Origin: a virus
Length of the DNA: 64,000 bases
Strand: one strand, 5' to 3'
Virus record (IMG/VR): IMGVR_UViG_3300032523_001141
Location: 55,991 to 119,990 of that record
The notes under the pieces are model-generated. The model made no database searches. It was not told the origin of the DNA and saw nothing but the letters and a program-made list of their open reading frames with translations. Below, one piece after another: positions 1 to 9,511 of the stretch; position 1 is the stretch's first letter; the number at the start of each line of letters is the position of its first letter. Position numbers and translations under genes: made by a program.

Positions 1-688
1 TAACACTTTGCGGTAGAAGCCCGCGGCGCGATAAGTCCGTCATCATGCCGCCAACGCGGCCAGCAGAAAAACCAGACACATCATTCAGGTCAGCGTCGGG
101 GCCGTATAGATTGCCATACAGCGCGTCTGAAAACTCAGTTAGCGACTCCCCGCTCATTGAGTCTGTCCCGTTAACACTGTCTGAACGGGAAAAGCCTACC
201 TGATTTACAGCGCGCTGGAGTTGAACCGGATCTCCACGCCGCCCAAAAAATAAATCTTCGGAGGCCTGCGGCCCGATCAGCATTTCAGACATCATCATGC
301 CGAACTGACTATTTACAGTCCCAGCAAGATTGTTTAACTGCGCTGCGCCCATCTGACTTAACGGGCTGTTGTCAAACTTGTTACGGATGCCCTTAAACTG
401 CTGGAACATGATTCCGGTGCCGCGATCCCGCGCAGACTGCTCTGCCGTCCGGGACGCCTGCATGTACTTCGAGGACGCCATTTGGTCCATTACGCTTTGA
501 GCCGGAAACTGCTCCGGAATAAAAGCGCCGCCCATAAACTGCTGCAGCATCGGCATGCCGAACTGCGCAAAAGCAAGATCTATTTGCGGGTTTCCGGTCC
601 CGAGCGAGTTAAACATGGGCCGCGGAGTGCCCATTATCGGCTGCTGATTGCCGTAGCCTTGCATCGCTGGGTTAAACGGCTCAGCCAT
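1..688 (-). CDS. Probable tape measure protein, N-terminal part (runs off the window start)
   Basis: Open frame from ATG at 688 (MAEPFNPAMQGYGNQQPIMG...) to the window edge. Met/Gln/Gly-rich and helical-looking. Lies directly downstream of the chaperone pair. Not in the supplied ORF track. Confidence 0.6.
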   Translation of the reverse strand, partial: MAEPFNPAMQGYGNQQPIMGTPRPMFNSLGTGNPQIDLAFAQFGMPMLQQFMGGAFIPEQFPAQSVMDQMASSKYMQASRTAEQSARDRGTGIMFQQFKGIRNKFDNSPLSQMGAAQLNNLAGTVNSQFGMMMSEMLIGPQASEDLFFGRRGDPVQLQRAVNQVGFSRSDSVNGTDSMSGESLTEFSDALYGNLYGPDADLNDVSGFSAGRVGGMMTDLSRRGLLPQSV

Positions 689-690
689 AG

Positions 691-1110
691 TTAACTTCCC
701 GCGTCTTTAATTTCTTCTTCGGCCGGCGGTTGTTGGCTAGCGACCAGAGCCCGATATTGCGCTATTAAATGCCCGTATTTTCCGTCTATTGTATCGTTTT
801 TACTCGACTTTTCCTCGACCTCAATCCACGGGAATATATTAGCCTGGATTTTCTCTAAGGCGGCTGCTGCCCGCGCTTTCATATTTTGCCAGCTATCCGC
901 CTCCAAATTGCTGTGGCTAACGTAAGCTAGCCAGTGATTATGCGCCGCAGCAATTAACTTGCTGTCCTCTTGCCGCGCCATTTCACGAATAATTAAAACG
1001 TGCTTTACGCGCCACTTGCTGTCATAGGGATCGCATTTCGCGTAATCTATAGCGCCCGATGCAGCGGCCCGCACCATTAGCGCAGCGATTCGATCCCTCA
1101 CCAAAAATTT
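691..1110 (-). CDS. Tail assembly chaperone frameshift extension (gpT-like)
   Basis: -1 frame overlapping the end of 1098..2093 at the A AAT TTT heptamer, immediately upstream of the putative tape measure gene. Confidence 0.6.
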   Translation of the reverse strand, partial: KFLVRDRIAALMVRAAASGAIDYAKCDPYDSKWRVKHVLIIREMARQEDSKLIAAAHNHWLAYVSHSNLEADSWQNMKARAAAALEKIQANIFPWIEVEEKSSKNDTIDGKYGHLIAQYRALVASQQPPAEEEIKDAGS

Positions 1111-2093
1111 GGCTCTAGCGCCATGGCCTCCAGTGCTTCGTATAGCCGCTGAAACTGCCGAAACTGATTGCAAACTAATCTTCGTGTAACCTCTATTTTT
1201 AACACGTCCAAAACTACGTAATTCCGCAAACGGGTCAAAGGATCTAACTCTTTATTGTCGGTTTTGTTTGGAAGCTCCACGCTAGCAACGTTTTCCAGTT
1301 CAGGCACGAGCGCGATTACTTTGTCGTCAACTACCACCGCTTCTATTGAACAAGCGAGCCTATACTCGAAAAAGCGCAGGAACCATTCTGTGTCGCTGCC
1401 GAATCCGTCGCGTTTCTGATCCAACAGCATTTGATGGTGGATTTGTCTGTTCTCTTCTGCTAGCATTCCGCGAAACTTAACGTTGTAACGCCCGCCCATA
1501 ATTGAGTAATTTTTATGCATTCGTGCGCCGCCAAGAATGCTGGCCACAAATATCTCTTTATCGACCTCAGTTGGATTACTTTCATATTTTTGCCGCATAT
1601 CCCAGCTGCAACGCGGGCAGAACGGCTCAATAACAGGCGCCAGTAAATTTACGGGCGGCTCGGGTGGTTCAGTCACAATTGGCGGGACGGGCTCCTCTGT
1701 TGCGCTCGCTTTGGTTTCTGCGGCCGCTTCTTGCGTGTCGGCGGATGCTGTCGCGCGGTCGTCAACTATTGCCGGCCCCGCATCCATTTCCGATACTTTC
1801 TCGTATAACTCGCGCATATTCGGCGACATGCCCGCTGTCTTCTTCGCTTTCTCCGCGCGTTCTTGTTCTGCTATAGCTTGTACTTTTGCAGCCGCGAGTT
1901 TCTGCTTTATTAGCTCTACGTCTTTTTCGCTCATGGCGCTGGCGTCTACGTATAGCCCGGGGACTTTACTAGCCGGCGTACGTTCGTGAATACTGGCAAG
2001 CAACTCGCCCATGTTCTCTGGAACTGGATCGCCTAGCTGCCACCCAAATTGCTGCAGCGTCTTTTTCGTCAGTTCCGACATATACTCGGCCAT
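1098..2093 (-). CDS. Tail assembly chaperone (gpG-like) with CxxC
   Basis: 331 aa, SD AAGGAG, ends ...EPNFW*. Position before the tape measure gene is typical. Confidence 0.6.
   Translation of the reverse strand: MAEYMSELTKKTLQQFGWQLGDPVPENMGELLASIHERTPASKVPGLYVDASAMSEKDVELIKQKLAAAKVQAIAEQERAEKAKKTAGMSPNMRELYEKVSEMDAGPAIVDDRATASADTQEAAAETKASATEEPVPPIVTEPPEPPVNLLAPVIEPFCPRCSWDMRQKYESNPTEVDKEIFVASILGGARMHKNYSIMGGRYNVKFRGMLAEENRQIHHQMLLDQKRDGFGSDTEWFLRFFEYRLACSIEAVVVDDKVIALVPELENVASVELPNKTDNKELDPLTRLRNYVVLDVLKIEVTRRLVCNQFRQFQRLYEALEAMALEPNFW
1104..1110 (-). promoter_or_regulatory. -1 ribosomal frameshift slippery heptamer A AAT TTT
   Basis: X XXY YYZ pattern one sense codon before the TGA; the -1 frame stays open to 691. 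Confidence 0.6.
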
Positions 2094-2104
2094 CTTGGCT
2101 CCTT

Positions 2105-4942
2105 TTATTCAATGATCATGTATCCGTCATTAATCGTCTTTGTTTCAGAGTTTTTAAATTTGGGTGTTTTGTAAACGTCTGCCAGGTCGCCGGAGCCTGA
2201 GTTCCTGTCTTTGTCTCTAAATCCAGCGCCAGTTGCCTCGACGATTGTGAACTCTTGTTGCCTAAAAATTGGCTCGTCAAATTTCTTTTTGCCTGGGAAT
2301 GGCCACGACTCCACGCCGTTACCGTCCAGCACAGACTTTTCTTTCCACGTCCCTGTGTTCTGGCCGGCAATGCGCGCATACTGCTGCCAGCGATCCTCGA
2401 ATAACTCAAAGTCAGAATCAACGCGATAATCTTTATCAGACCGAAACGAGAAGCCGGCAATATCGAGTACTGTGTCATTGCCGGCTTGTTTTTCGCCGTA
2501 CCACCTGTTTTCAAGCTTGGACTCGTATTCTTTTCTCGCGTAGTCCGGCAGCTTATTGCGTACGTAATCTGTAATCTTATTTGCCGCTTCCTGCAGCGCT
2601 TGGTGGCACTCGTCCTTACACGGCGCGACGAACATATCGCGACCTGTTACGGTGCCGTACGAATACAAGAACTCAGGCGCCATTAGGCCGCCAGTAGCGT
2701 AAATATCGCCTTCCACATATGTCGTGCCGGCCAGAACGTTTTCCTTGCCCGTAAACAGATTTCCGATTTGCGGCTCGTCAATATCTGCGCGGCTAAAGAA
2801 GTGCGAAATTTGGCCGTCCTTACCAACGTAATGCCGAATGTTATTTGAAACTGTTATTATGTCCGTTTCGCCCTTACCGGCGTCGAGCGTAATTGTTCCG
2901 GGTTTAATCCGACTCTCACCGCCGCCAGACCGTAGGTACACGTTCTGCGATTGCGCTACGACGTTGGAGTCTGGCGCCCGCAATACGATACCGCCAAAAG
3001 AAACCTCGTCTCCAGTTTTCGGACTTGCGAAATCCATAGATTCCGTACTAGCGCGGCTTTCAATAAGCACACCGCCGTTTTTTGTCTGGTCATTACCGGC
3101 CAGAATCATCACGTCTTTTTCGGCTTTTATACGTACGCTCTTCTCGGTGGTGGAGATATCAATTGCGCCGTGGGCTCGGTGTATGATGTCGCGACCGGCC
3201 CACACTTGCGCGTTTTTGCCGGGCTTAAGCCAGACATCGCCCGGGGCTGAGATAATAATGCTGCCGGCACACATGCGAATCTCGGCGCCATAGCCGTCGC
3301 CGATAACAATAGCGCCGTCTTCCAGTAAAGAAATAAACGACTCAGATTGATAAAACTTTTGATTTTTGTACCGGTGATCAATGTCAATGTTTTGGTGCCC
3401 GGGCTCAATTAAATACATTGAGCCCTTAAGCTTTGTGTAATCTGGCACTTGGTGGTTGTACTGTGCGTGCTGAAGCTCGCTTTGCTCCCACGTTTTGTAG
3501 TCTTTGTAGTGCCAATGAAACGGATGCAACCCGACGTAGTTAAATAAGTAACCGTGCAAGTCTAAAATGCCTGCGGCGCGCTGCATGTTCGGTAGGGCGT
3601 CAGTGGCTTCAATATCGCCTGTGATTTTGTGTTCTGGCCCGTCGCCTTCTTTTCCGGCAAATTTATAGTTGTCCTTTGAGTCGCCGACGCCGTTTTCTGG
3701 GCGCCGCATACGCGCGGGTACCGGCAGCAATAAACGCTTGGCCAACGTAATGCCCTTAGCCGACGCAATAAAACGCCGGCCGTCCATTGCCGTATTGTCT
3801 TCAGATAGCCCGATCGGCGGGGAGTCTTCTTGGAAGTCTTGTGTGGGCTTAGGACTTCCCGGATTAGCTGTAACTTTTTCCGTGATTTGCGCGTTAACTA
3901 TTGTTGACTCGTACGGCGCCGGCGGCTCTCCGCCTTTTTCAAGCTTGTAGACCCACCACTCAAGATCTTTTGGCGGGGCTGAAACGACAGTTCGGCCGCC
4001 CTGTCCGTAATAGCCGTAAAACTGCTGTGTTCTGTGAAAAGGCTGGAGATTTTCGTATTTGTTTTCCCAATGCGCGTAATACGGCCGGCCGCCTGAGACC
4101 GCAAACGTATTGTGCTCATATTCCTGAATAATATCTTGTCCGGGATTCAGCGCGCCCATCGCCTCCCACGGATACGGCGAATAACCTTGCGTATCGTTAT
4201 ATTCTGCCTCGTCCATGAACGCGTCACGTTCGTGACCGGCAGTCCACGTTTGCATGTTGTAGCCGCTGACACGTAATAACTGATCGTGATAAAAACCAAA
4301 CACCCCTGTAAACTCATTTACGGCCATCTGGACCATAAAATCGTCAAGTGTGACTTTCAGCCCGGTAGTCGTAATTGCGCCCCACTCGCCGGCCTGTGTA
4401 CCGTCGAAAGGTTTCCAGCAGCTGTAATTAGCAAGCCCGCCGCTATCTACCATGTTAAGATAGCGTTTTTGAGCTTCGTCTACGCGGTTTCTGGAAGCTT
4501 GCGTAATCCAGTCGTGAACAGATTCTCGGCCGACTGTCGCTGGCTCGGGCACTACACCAAAAATAAGCCCGTGCGGTTGCGTATTGTGCCTGTAAGCCAG
4601 CACTAAGGTGCCGGGAACATAGGCTTTAATTTCTACAGCGCCGATAGACGTCTGACTGGTGCCGCCTATTTCAGTGCAGATAATCGGCATTGTCCCGCGC
4701 TCAAACTGCACGCGGTAGCAATTAGCTAACGGTGTGCCGTCTACGATCTCGCCAATGAGCAGCTGGCCGTTGTTGCCAAAGCTTGTGGCGTACGAAGTGT
4801 AACGACTGCGCGGGTCGGCAGTTGGCGTTAAATTACTTTCGTGAGCTGTCGAGCCGCCTTTGCTGCCTGCTACAGTCTCTAAGCGGTGCTCGCGCTCACC
4901 AGAGCCCGGCAAAGGCTCTGCGCGATTTCGTCTATCGAGCAT
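2105..4942 (-). CDS. Baseplate hub/central spike protein (gp5/VgrG-like); start codon uncertain
   Basis: 945 aa. OB-like N-terminal region (YVPGTLVL), then beta-helix-like strands (GAIVIGDGYGAEIRMCAGSIIISAPGDVWL). Tail-module context. Confidence 0.6.
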   Translation of the reverse strand: MLDRRNRAEPLPGSGEREHRLETVAGSKGGSTAHESNLTPTADPRSRYTSYATSFGNNGQLLIGEIVDGTPLANCYRVQFERGTMPIICTEIGGTSQTSIGAVEIKAYVPGTLVLAYRHNTQPHGLIFGVVPEPATVGRESVHDWITQASRNRVDEAQKRYLNMVDSGGLANYSCWKPFDGTQAGEWGAITTTGLKVTLDDFMVQMAVNEFTGVFGFYHDQLLRVSGYNMQTWTAGHERDAFMDEAEYNDTQGYSPYPWEAMGALNPGQDIIQEYEHNTFAVSGGRPYYAHWENKYENLQPFHRTQQFYGYYGQGGRTVVSAPPKDLEWWVYKLEKGGEPPAPYESTIVNAQITEKVTANPGSPKPTQDFQEDSPPIGLSEDNTAMDGRRFIASAKGITLAKRLLLPVPARMRRPENGVGDSKDNYKFAGKEGDGPEHKITGDIEATDALPNMQRAAGILDLHGYLFNYVGLHPFHWHYKDYKTWEQSELQHAQYNHQVPDYTKLKGSMYLIEPGHQNIDIDHRYKNQKFYQSESFISLLEDGAIVIGDGYGAEIRMCAGSIIISAPGDVWLKPGKNAQVWAGRDIIHRAHGAIDISTTEKSVRIKAEKDVMILAGNDQTKNGGVLIESRASTESMDFASPKTGDEVSFGGIVLRAPDSNVVAQSQNVYLRSGGGESRIKPGTITLDAGKGETDIITVSNNIRHYVGKDGQISHFFSRADIDEPQIGNLFTGKENVLAGTTYVEGDIYATGGLMAPEFLYSYGTVTGRDMFVAPCKDECHQALQEAANKITDYVRNKLPDYARKEYESKLENRWYGEKQAGNDTVLDIAGFSFRSDKDYRVDSDFELFEDRWQQYARIAGQNTGTWKEKSVLDGNGVESWPFPGKKKFDEPIFRQQEFTIVEATGAGFRDKDRNSGSGDLADVYKTPKFKNSETKTINDGYMIIE

Positions 4943-5035
4943 TTTACAACCACTAGGGTCAGGTTATGGGCCGAAGCCCCGGGCATTACTGCCCAATACC
5001 ATAAGCGGCGGCTGCGTTTTAAGCAACCGCCGCTC
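4870..5035 (-). ncRNA. Candidate structured RNA/leader between tail tube and spike genes
   Basis: 12-bp hairpin 5004-5034, GGGCA-GUAA-UGCCC (4981-4994), GGGC-UUCG-GCCC (4968-4979), CAGAGCC/GGCUCUG (4900-4920). Confidence 0.4.
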
Positions 5036-5071
5036 TTGGTTTTATTAATTAACGCGTAATTGCTTTTGTAA

Positions 5072-5623
5072 TTAAATCGTCGCCCCGCCGCCGCCTCCAG
5101 CTGCAGTACCGGGGGTCATGCCTGCGGCTGTTTCTTCGTACTTCAGCTCAAGGAAGACCATCTGCACCGTCTCCATGATTATGATATCTTGTGCCGATAC
5201 GCTACCGCCTAGCGCTGTGATCTTCGGGTATTTGAGGGTGTAGGTAATCGTTTTGCTGCCGGCGATCGCACCGCCACCGATAGCGCACCCGCCCTTAGCC
5301 TTAAGTATAATATCTGCACCCGTCGCTGCGCACAAAGGCCCATAGTTATCGATAAACGCTTTAAACGTACCTGAGCCGCCTACGACGCGCTCAAACGTGG
5401 CCGTACCGCGGCGGCGGCCACCGATGTAATAGACGTTTTGTCCAGGGGAGTTCTCCGGGCTGATCTCATAAACAAAGTTGATCGGCCGCTCAATGTTAAA
5501 TTGCACACGCTGTACAATGGCGCCGACAGTGCCGTTAAGGTCCAGCGTGCAATTTTCAGCGGTAAATGCGCCGCCAATTGTCTGGTCTTTGGTTTCAAAA
5601 ATATTTGCTCTATGTGCTGGCAT
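5072..5623 (-). CDS. Tail tube protein
   Basis: 183 aa, beta-rich (VQRVQFNIERPINFVYEI...GTATFERV), directly downstream of the sheath gene. Confidence 0.7.
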   Translation of the reverse strand: MPAHRANIFETKDQTIGGAFTAENCTLDLNGTVGAIVQRVQFNIERPINFVYEISPENSPGQNVYYIGGRRRGTATFERVVGGSGTFKAFIDNYGPLCAATGADIILKAKGGCAIGGGAIAGSKTITYTLKYPKITALGGSVSAQDIIIMETVQMVFLELKYEETAAGMTPGTAAGGGGGATI

Positions 5624-5663
5624 GTTCTAGCTCCGTTGCTTTGTTGTTTGATTCGCCGTTAAA

Positions 5664-8552
5664 TTATACGACCAAGTGAAGTTCAATATTGTTCAACGGC
5701 GCGGGCACGACCAAATCAAGCACGACTTCGATCCGGTCTTTGAGCAGTGGGTGAATACGCAGCACGCGGATTTCGCCGCTTATTAGCTGCGCGCCAAGCT
5801 CTGCTGTGTAACCGCTTGTCGCGAGAAAATCGAGGATTTCGTTAACACGATTCAGGATGTAGTCAACCATTCCTGGCGTGGCGTTTGTGCGGCCGATGTA
5901 CGGGCGCAGACGACGCAGGAACAAGTACGCCAGCGAATCGACGTTACGCCGAATCATCTCTTCTCGGCGGTTGAGGTCAAGGTTATCGGTCGTGAGGCCG
6001 TGCCGCGTGAACGGCGTGCCGTCTCGATCCTCCGTTACGATCCACACGCCAGCTTCGGCCATACGGTTAAGCTGCGTCTCGTTAAACATCTTGTACGAGC
6101 GCGTGTAGTCGTCAAAACCCGCAACTTCAACGTTTGTCATGCCTTGATGCGGTACAACACCGGACACAAGACCCCCGAGCGCGGCCGCCAGATAATATCC
6201 GGGCTGCAGGCGACCGGCGGAACCAACCTGATCAGGCCATATCGCGCAGATACGCCGACTGCCCCAAGCACCAGCTTGCGAGGCAATGTCGTCAGCCATC
6301 TCTGTGCGACTCAGGTTGTGCCAAACTTCAACGCGCTCAGCTTCAGTCACCGGGGCTCCGGTACCTGTGTAAAGCAGCAGCGAGTTTTCAGAGAGCACCT
6401 CGTCAACAACGTATTCGCTGTACGTTGTCTCGCCAAAACCGTTAACAGCAAAACCGTATCGCACGATGTCGCCCGGAACCACGCCGTTTGTAATAAAGTA
6501 GCTGTTGTTCTCTTCTACGAGGAGCAGCGTGAACTGGTCGCCGCTAGCACTGTCGTTATCGCTGACAGTTGCAAGCACTACGTCAGACACATTGCCGGAA
6601 ACGCCGTCGATGGCCGCGCCCTCGCCGACTACGAGCCTTGTCGAATTTGACTGAATGCCGAAGAACCCGGCCTTCCAGTTATTTGCAATCTCGTTCGACT
6701 CGTTATTGATGTGCGCTGCGTATAACGACTGTACCTGCTTGTTGAACGTCATCGGCACGAGGTTATACAGATCGTCGCGACCCTTGAGCCGCTCAAGTAC
6801 CTCGCCCCAGCTGTCCAGATCGTCAGGCTCGCATACGCCCGTGTACTTAACGGCTGTTCCGTTTGAGTTTGAGAGCGCCTTGAAAACGCCCCACTTTAGC
6901 GGGTTATCAGGGTCAAGCTGGCCGGGGATGACGTTAAGGTCGCCGACACTTGAAATAGACTCTACTGTGTCGCACAGATCAGCGACCCATTCGCGGTACT
7001 CAAGGTATAGCTGCCCGCGCGAAACAGGCAACGGCAGCGCTGTGCCGGCGTCCGTCCACTCGGGGTGGAACGCGGTCACGCCAGACTTAACAACAATCTG
7101 AGTAGCTTCCAGCTCGTAATTAACGCCCGAAGTCGTATTTAGCCGGTTCTCGGAAATTTGAATATCGTCTTTGATGAATAGGCTCATGTCCAGACTGGAA
7201 AGCTCCAGCATATCGGCCGGGAGATTGTCGCGAAGGATAAGTTTGTTTACAGCGCCGGCCGTGCTGGCCACGACCGAAACGTACCACTTATCTCCCTTGA
7301 CCATAGTCGTAACCGGCGATGTTCCGTCGATGTCGGCTACGAAAGCAACGCTTACGCCGTACTGACCTACCGGGAAGTAATTACCGGCAGCTGTGCCGGA
7401 GCTCGTTACCTCAAACGGGGCCGCGTAGTCGAGGCCCTTGGTCGTGCGGACGCTCACCTGCGGCGGCGTGTCGCCTTCGCCTGCGCCGGAGATGTAGCCG
7501 CCCTTTACGCACTCTAAAATATACGTGTCGTTGTAATTGCCGGTGTAGTTACCACTGATGTTCGACTTTGCACGAACTTTCGTGAAGTCCTGCCGAATAG
7601 TGATGCTCCACTTCTGCCCGATTACAAAGTTACTAGCAATGATGTCAGCGGCTGCGGCCGAGGCTATGCAACCAGGGCTCGATAGGGCGCTAAATGTAAC
7701 TTTTAACCCACGCGCGCCGATTACAATTTCGTCCCCGATGTTACCGGGGTTTAACTCGGCCACATCGTCAAGGCTGCTAGTCGAGCGCACGCGCATACGC
7801 GTACCTGTGCAACCAGCAACAGACGAATTAATTACTTCAATTGTGTACGTCTCGGTAAGAGCGCCGTCAACAAGGCCGTCATACTCGCTAACATCGATAT
7901 CTAAAATGGCAACGCAATTAACTGGACCAGAGATTTGAGCGCTGTCCAGCACTTCGTTACCGCTCTCCGAATTAAAATCACTCTCGTTGCCGCTGTCCAT
8001 TACTGCGGCGTTAATTACAGAGGCGACCGTCTCGCTGGCAAAACCGGCAACGCTTGTTTCCAAAATTTTCTCTACGCATGTCTCGCCGCTATCGACGACA
8101 CCGCGAAGGCGGACCACGTCACCAATTTTTACATCGCGTTCGTAGAACGCTCCGCTCCGCTCGAATGTTCCGTTCGCCTTAAAATACAACGGCGAGCCGG
8201 CCTCATTTGCCTCGACAGCTTCGACCCAGTTACGCTTACCGGCGACCGCGCGAATAACTGTGTCAGCGCTGGCTGTGGTGTGTTCAAGGTAACGCAGCAG
8301 CGCGTTATCGGCGAACAGTTTAACGTAAGCGCTATCAACCTTGGAGCCAGCCCGACGCTGCGGGTAGGCGTAATTTGTATCAACGGCCGAATTGTAAGCG
8401 CCGAGGCCGGACAGGGCCTTCTCAGACACATCTAAATAGCGATGCAGGATCGCATTCGGGCCGGAAATGTGTGCGCGCAGCGGTTCCGTGATTTCCGTCG
8501 GAACAATAGTGAATTCCTGAAAGACAAGAACCTGCGGTTTTACGTATGCCAT
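5664..8552 (-). CDS. Contractile tail sheath protein
   Basis: Starts MAYVKPQVLVFQE. Sheath-type C-terminus (TRHGLTTD...REEMIRRNVD...IEVVLDLVVPAPLNNIELHLVV). Confidence 0.85.
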   Translation of the reverse strand: MAYVKPQVLVFQEFTIVPTEITEPLRAHISGPNAILHRYLDVSEKALSGLGAYNSAVDTNYAYPQRRAGSKVDSAYVKLFADNALLRYLEHTTASADTVIRAVAGKRNWVEAVEANEAGSPLYFKANGTFERSGAFYERDVKIGDVVRLRGVVDSGETCVEKILETSVAGFASETVASVINAAVMDSGNESDFNSESGNEVLDSAQISGPVNCVAILDIDVSEYDGLVDGALTETYTIEVINSSVAGCTGTRMRVRSTSSLDDVAELNPGNIGDEIVIGARGLKVTFSALSSPGCIASAAAADIIASNFVIGQKWSITIRQDFTKVRAKSNISGNYTGNYNDTYILECVKGGYISGAGEGDTPPQVSVRTTKGLDYAAPFEVTSSGTAAGNYFPVGQYGVSVAFVADIDGTSPVTTMVKGDKWYVSVVASTAGAVNKLILRDNLPADMLELSSLDMSLFIKDDIQISENRLNTTSGVNYELEATQIVVKSGVTAFHPEWTDAGTALPLPVSRGQLYLEYREWVADLCDTVESISSVGDLNVIPGQLDPDNPLKWGVFKALSNSNGTAVKYTGVCEPDDLDSWGEVLERLKGRDDLYNLVPMTFNKQVQSLYAAHINNESNEIANNWKAGFFGIQSNSTRLVVGEGAAIDGVSGNVSDVVLATVSDNDSASGDQFTLLLVEENNSYFITNGVVPGDIVRYGFAVNGFGETTYSEYVVDEVLSENSLLLYTGTGAPVTEAERVEVWHNLSRTEMADDIASQAGAWGSRRICAIWPDQVGSAGRLQPGYYLAAALGGLVSGVVPHQGMTNVEVAGFDDYTRSYKMFNETQLNRMAEAGVWIVTEDRDGTPFTRHGLTTDNLDLNRREEMIRRNVDSLAYLFLRRLRPYIGRTNATPGMVDYILNRVNEILDFLATSGYTAELGAQLISGEIRVLRIHPLLKDRIEVVLDLVVPAPLNNIELHLVV

Positions 8553-8658
8553 ATTAAAGCTCTCCATGCCGTAATGCTGTGGTCGGTGCTCTGGTAATCA
8601 GTATAAGTAACCTGTTACTGCAAAAAAAGCACCTACACAAAGTTTATGAAGTTGGGTT

Positions 8659-9342
8659 CTAGCACGCAAACAATTCAGACGCCTTTAGGACAAACCGCTT
8701 AAGTCGCGGCGCAGCGGGCTGGAGTTCCCAAGACTCCTCGGCCACATATGCTACGGTAACAGGTACGGCATAGCCCTGTACCACCTCTTGCACCTCACCT
8801 ATTCCGCCCACTTCGCTAACAATAAAGCGCATAAACCCCATCTGCTCGCGAATCCATGGGCCGAAGTGCTGTAAAAATTTAACAACTTCAACTGTTAACA
8901 ACTCGGCTTCTAGGCCAGTTAACGCTAAACAGTATAACGTATGACTACCCTCCCACAAACCATGATACTGACTAGAACCGCTAAAAACATTAGCGCCAGC
9001 CTGATCGCCTATCCCGGTTCTTTTCCACGCCCAGCTGCCTCTTTTAATAAGGATAGCGGGACGGTTGTCGGCTTCGTTTGGGAGCCAGCGGGTAATACTT
9101 TCAATAATTATGCTGCTGTTGCTCAGGCCGTTTTCGTCTTTAACCCACGGGCCCTCATCAATAAATTTCTGACGAAGCTGCGGCTCTTCTATGTTATTTG
9201 CGTCGGAGAAGTGCGCGATGAGCAGCTGGCGTAAAAGTCCAGTCACGACGTGCGGGCGCATGCCGTAAGAGCAGAGAGAACTTACGCGCGCAATGCGGTC
9301 TTCCGGGACACGGTCAAGCGGGCAATTATCTTCGTCTGACAT
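8659..9342 (-). CDS. Putative tail completion/terminator protein
   Basis: 227 aa with RPAILIKRG motif, immediately upstream of the sheath gene. Confidence 0.5.
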   Translation of the reverse strand: MSDEDNCPLDRVPEDRIARVSSLCSYGMRPHVVTGLLRQLLIAHFSDANNIEEPQLRQKFIDEGPWVKDENGLSNSSIIIESITRWLPNEADNRPAILIKRGSWAWKRTGIGDQAGANVFSGSSQYHGLWEGSHTLYCLALTGLEAELLTVEVVKFLQHFGPWIREQMGFMRFIVSEVGGIGEVQEVVQGYAVPVTVAYVAEESWELQPAAPRLKRFVLKASELFAC

Positions 9343-9511
9343 TTTGTAGGTAATTCTTTAAAAAATCGTCTGTTTGGGGCTCAAGGCGAATTTTAATTGG
9401 CTCGATAAGTTTTATTGGCTTATCCGCAAATTTTAACGGTTTATCCAATAGCCGAATAGTCTGCTGCAATTTTATTTTATCGTCGTTTGCGTCAGTCATT
9501 AAATTTCCCAA
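9326..9511 (-). CDS. Hypothetical protein
   Basis: 61 aa ORF overlapping both neighbours in operon orientation. Confidence 0.4.
   Translation of the reverse strand: MGNLMTDANDDKIKLQQTIRLLDKPLKFADKPIKLIEPIKIRLEPQTDDFLKNYLQNVRRR

Noticed and set aside
4840-4945. Group I intron-like words (AATGCTCG, AATCGCGCAG, TTAGAGACTGTA) at the spike gene 5' end
   Set aside because: No convincing P3, no canonical S/P7 partner and no interrupted reading frame; kept only as part of a generic structured-RNA candidate
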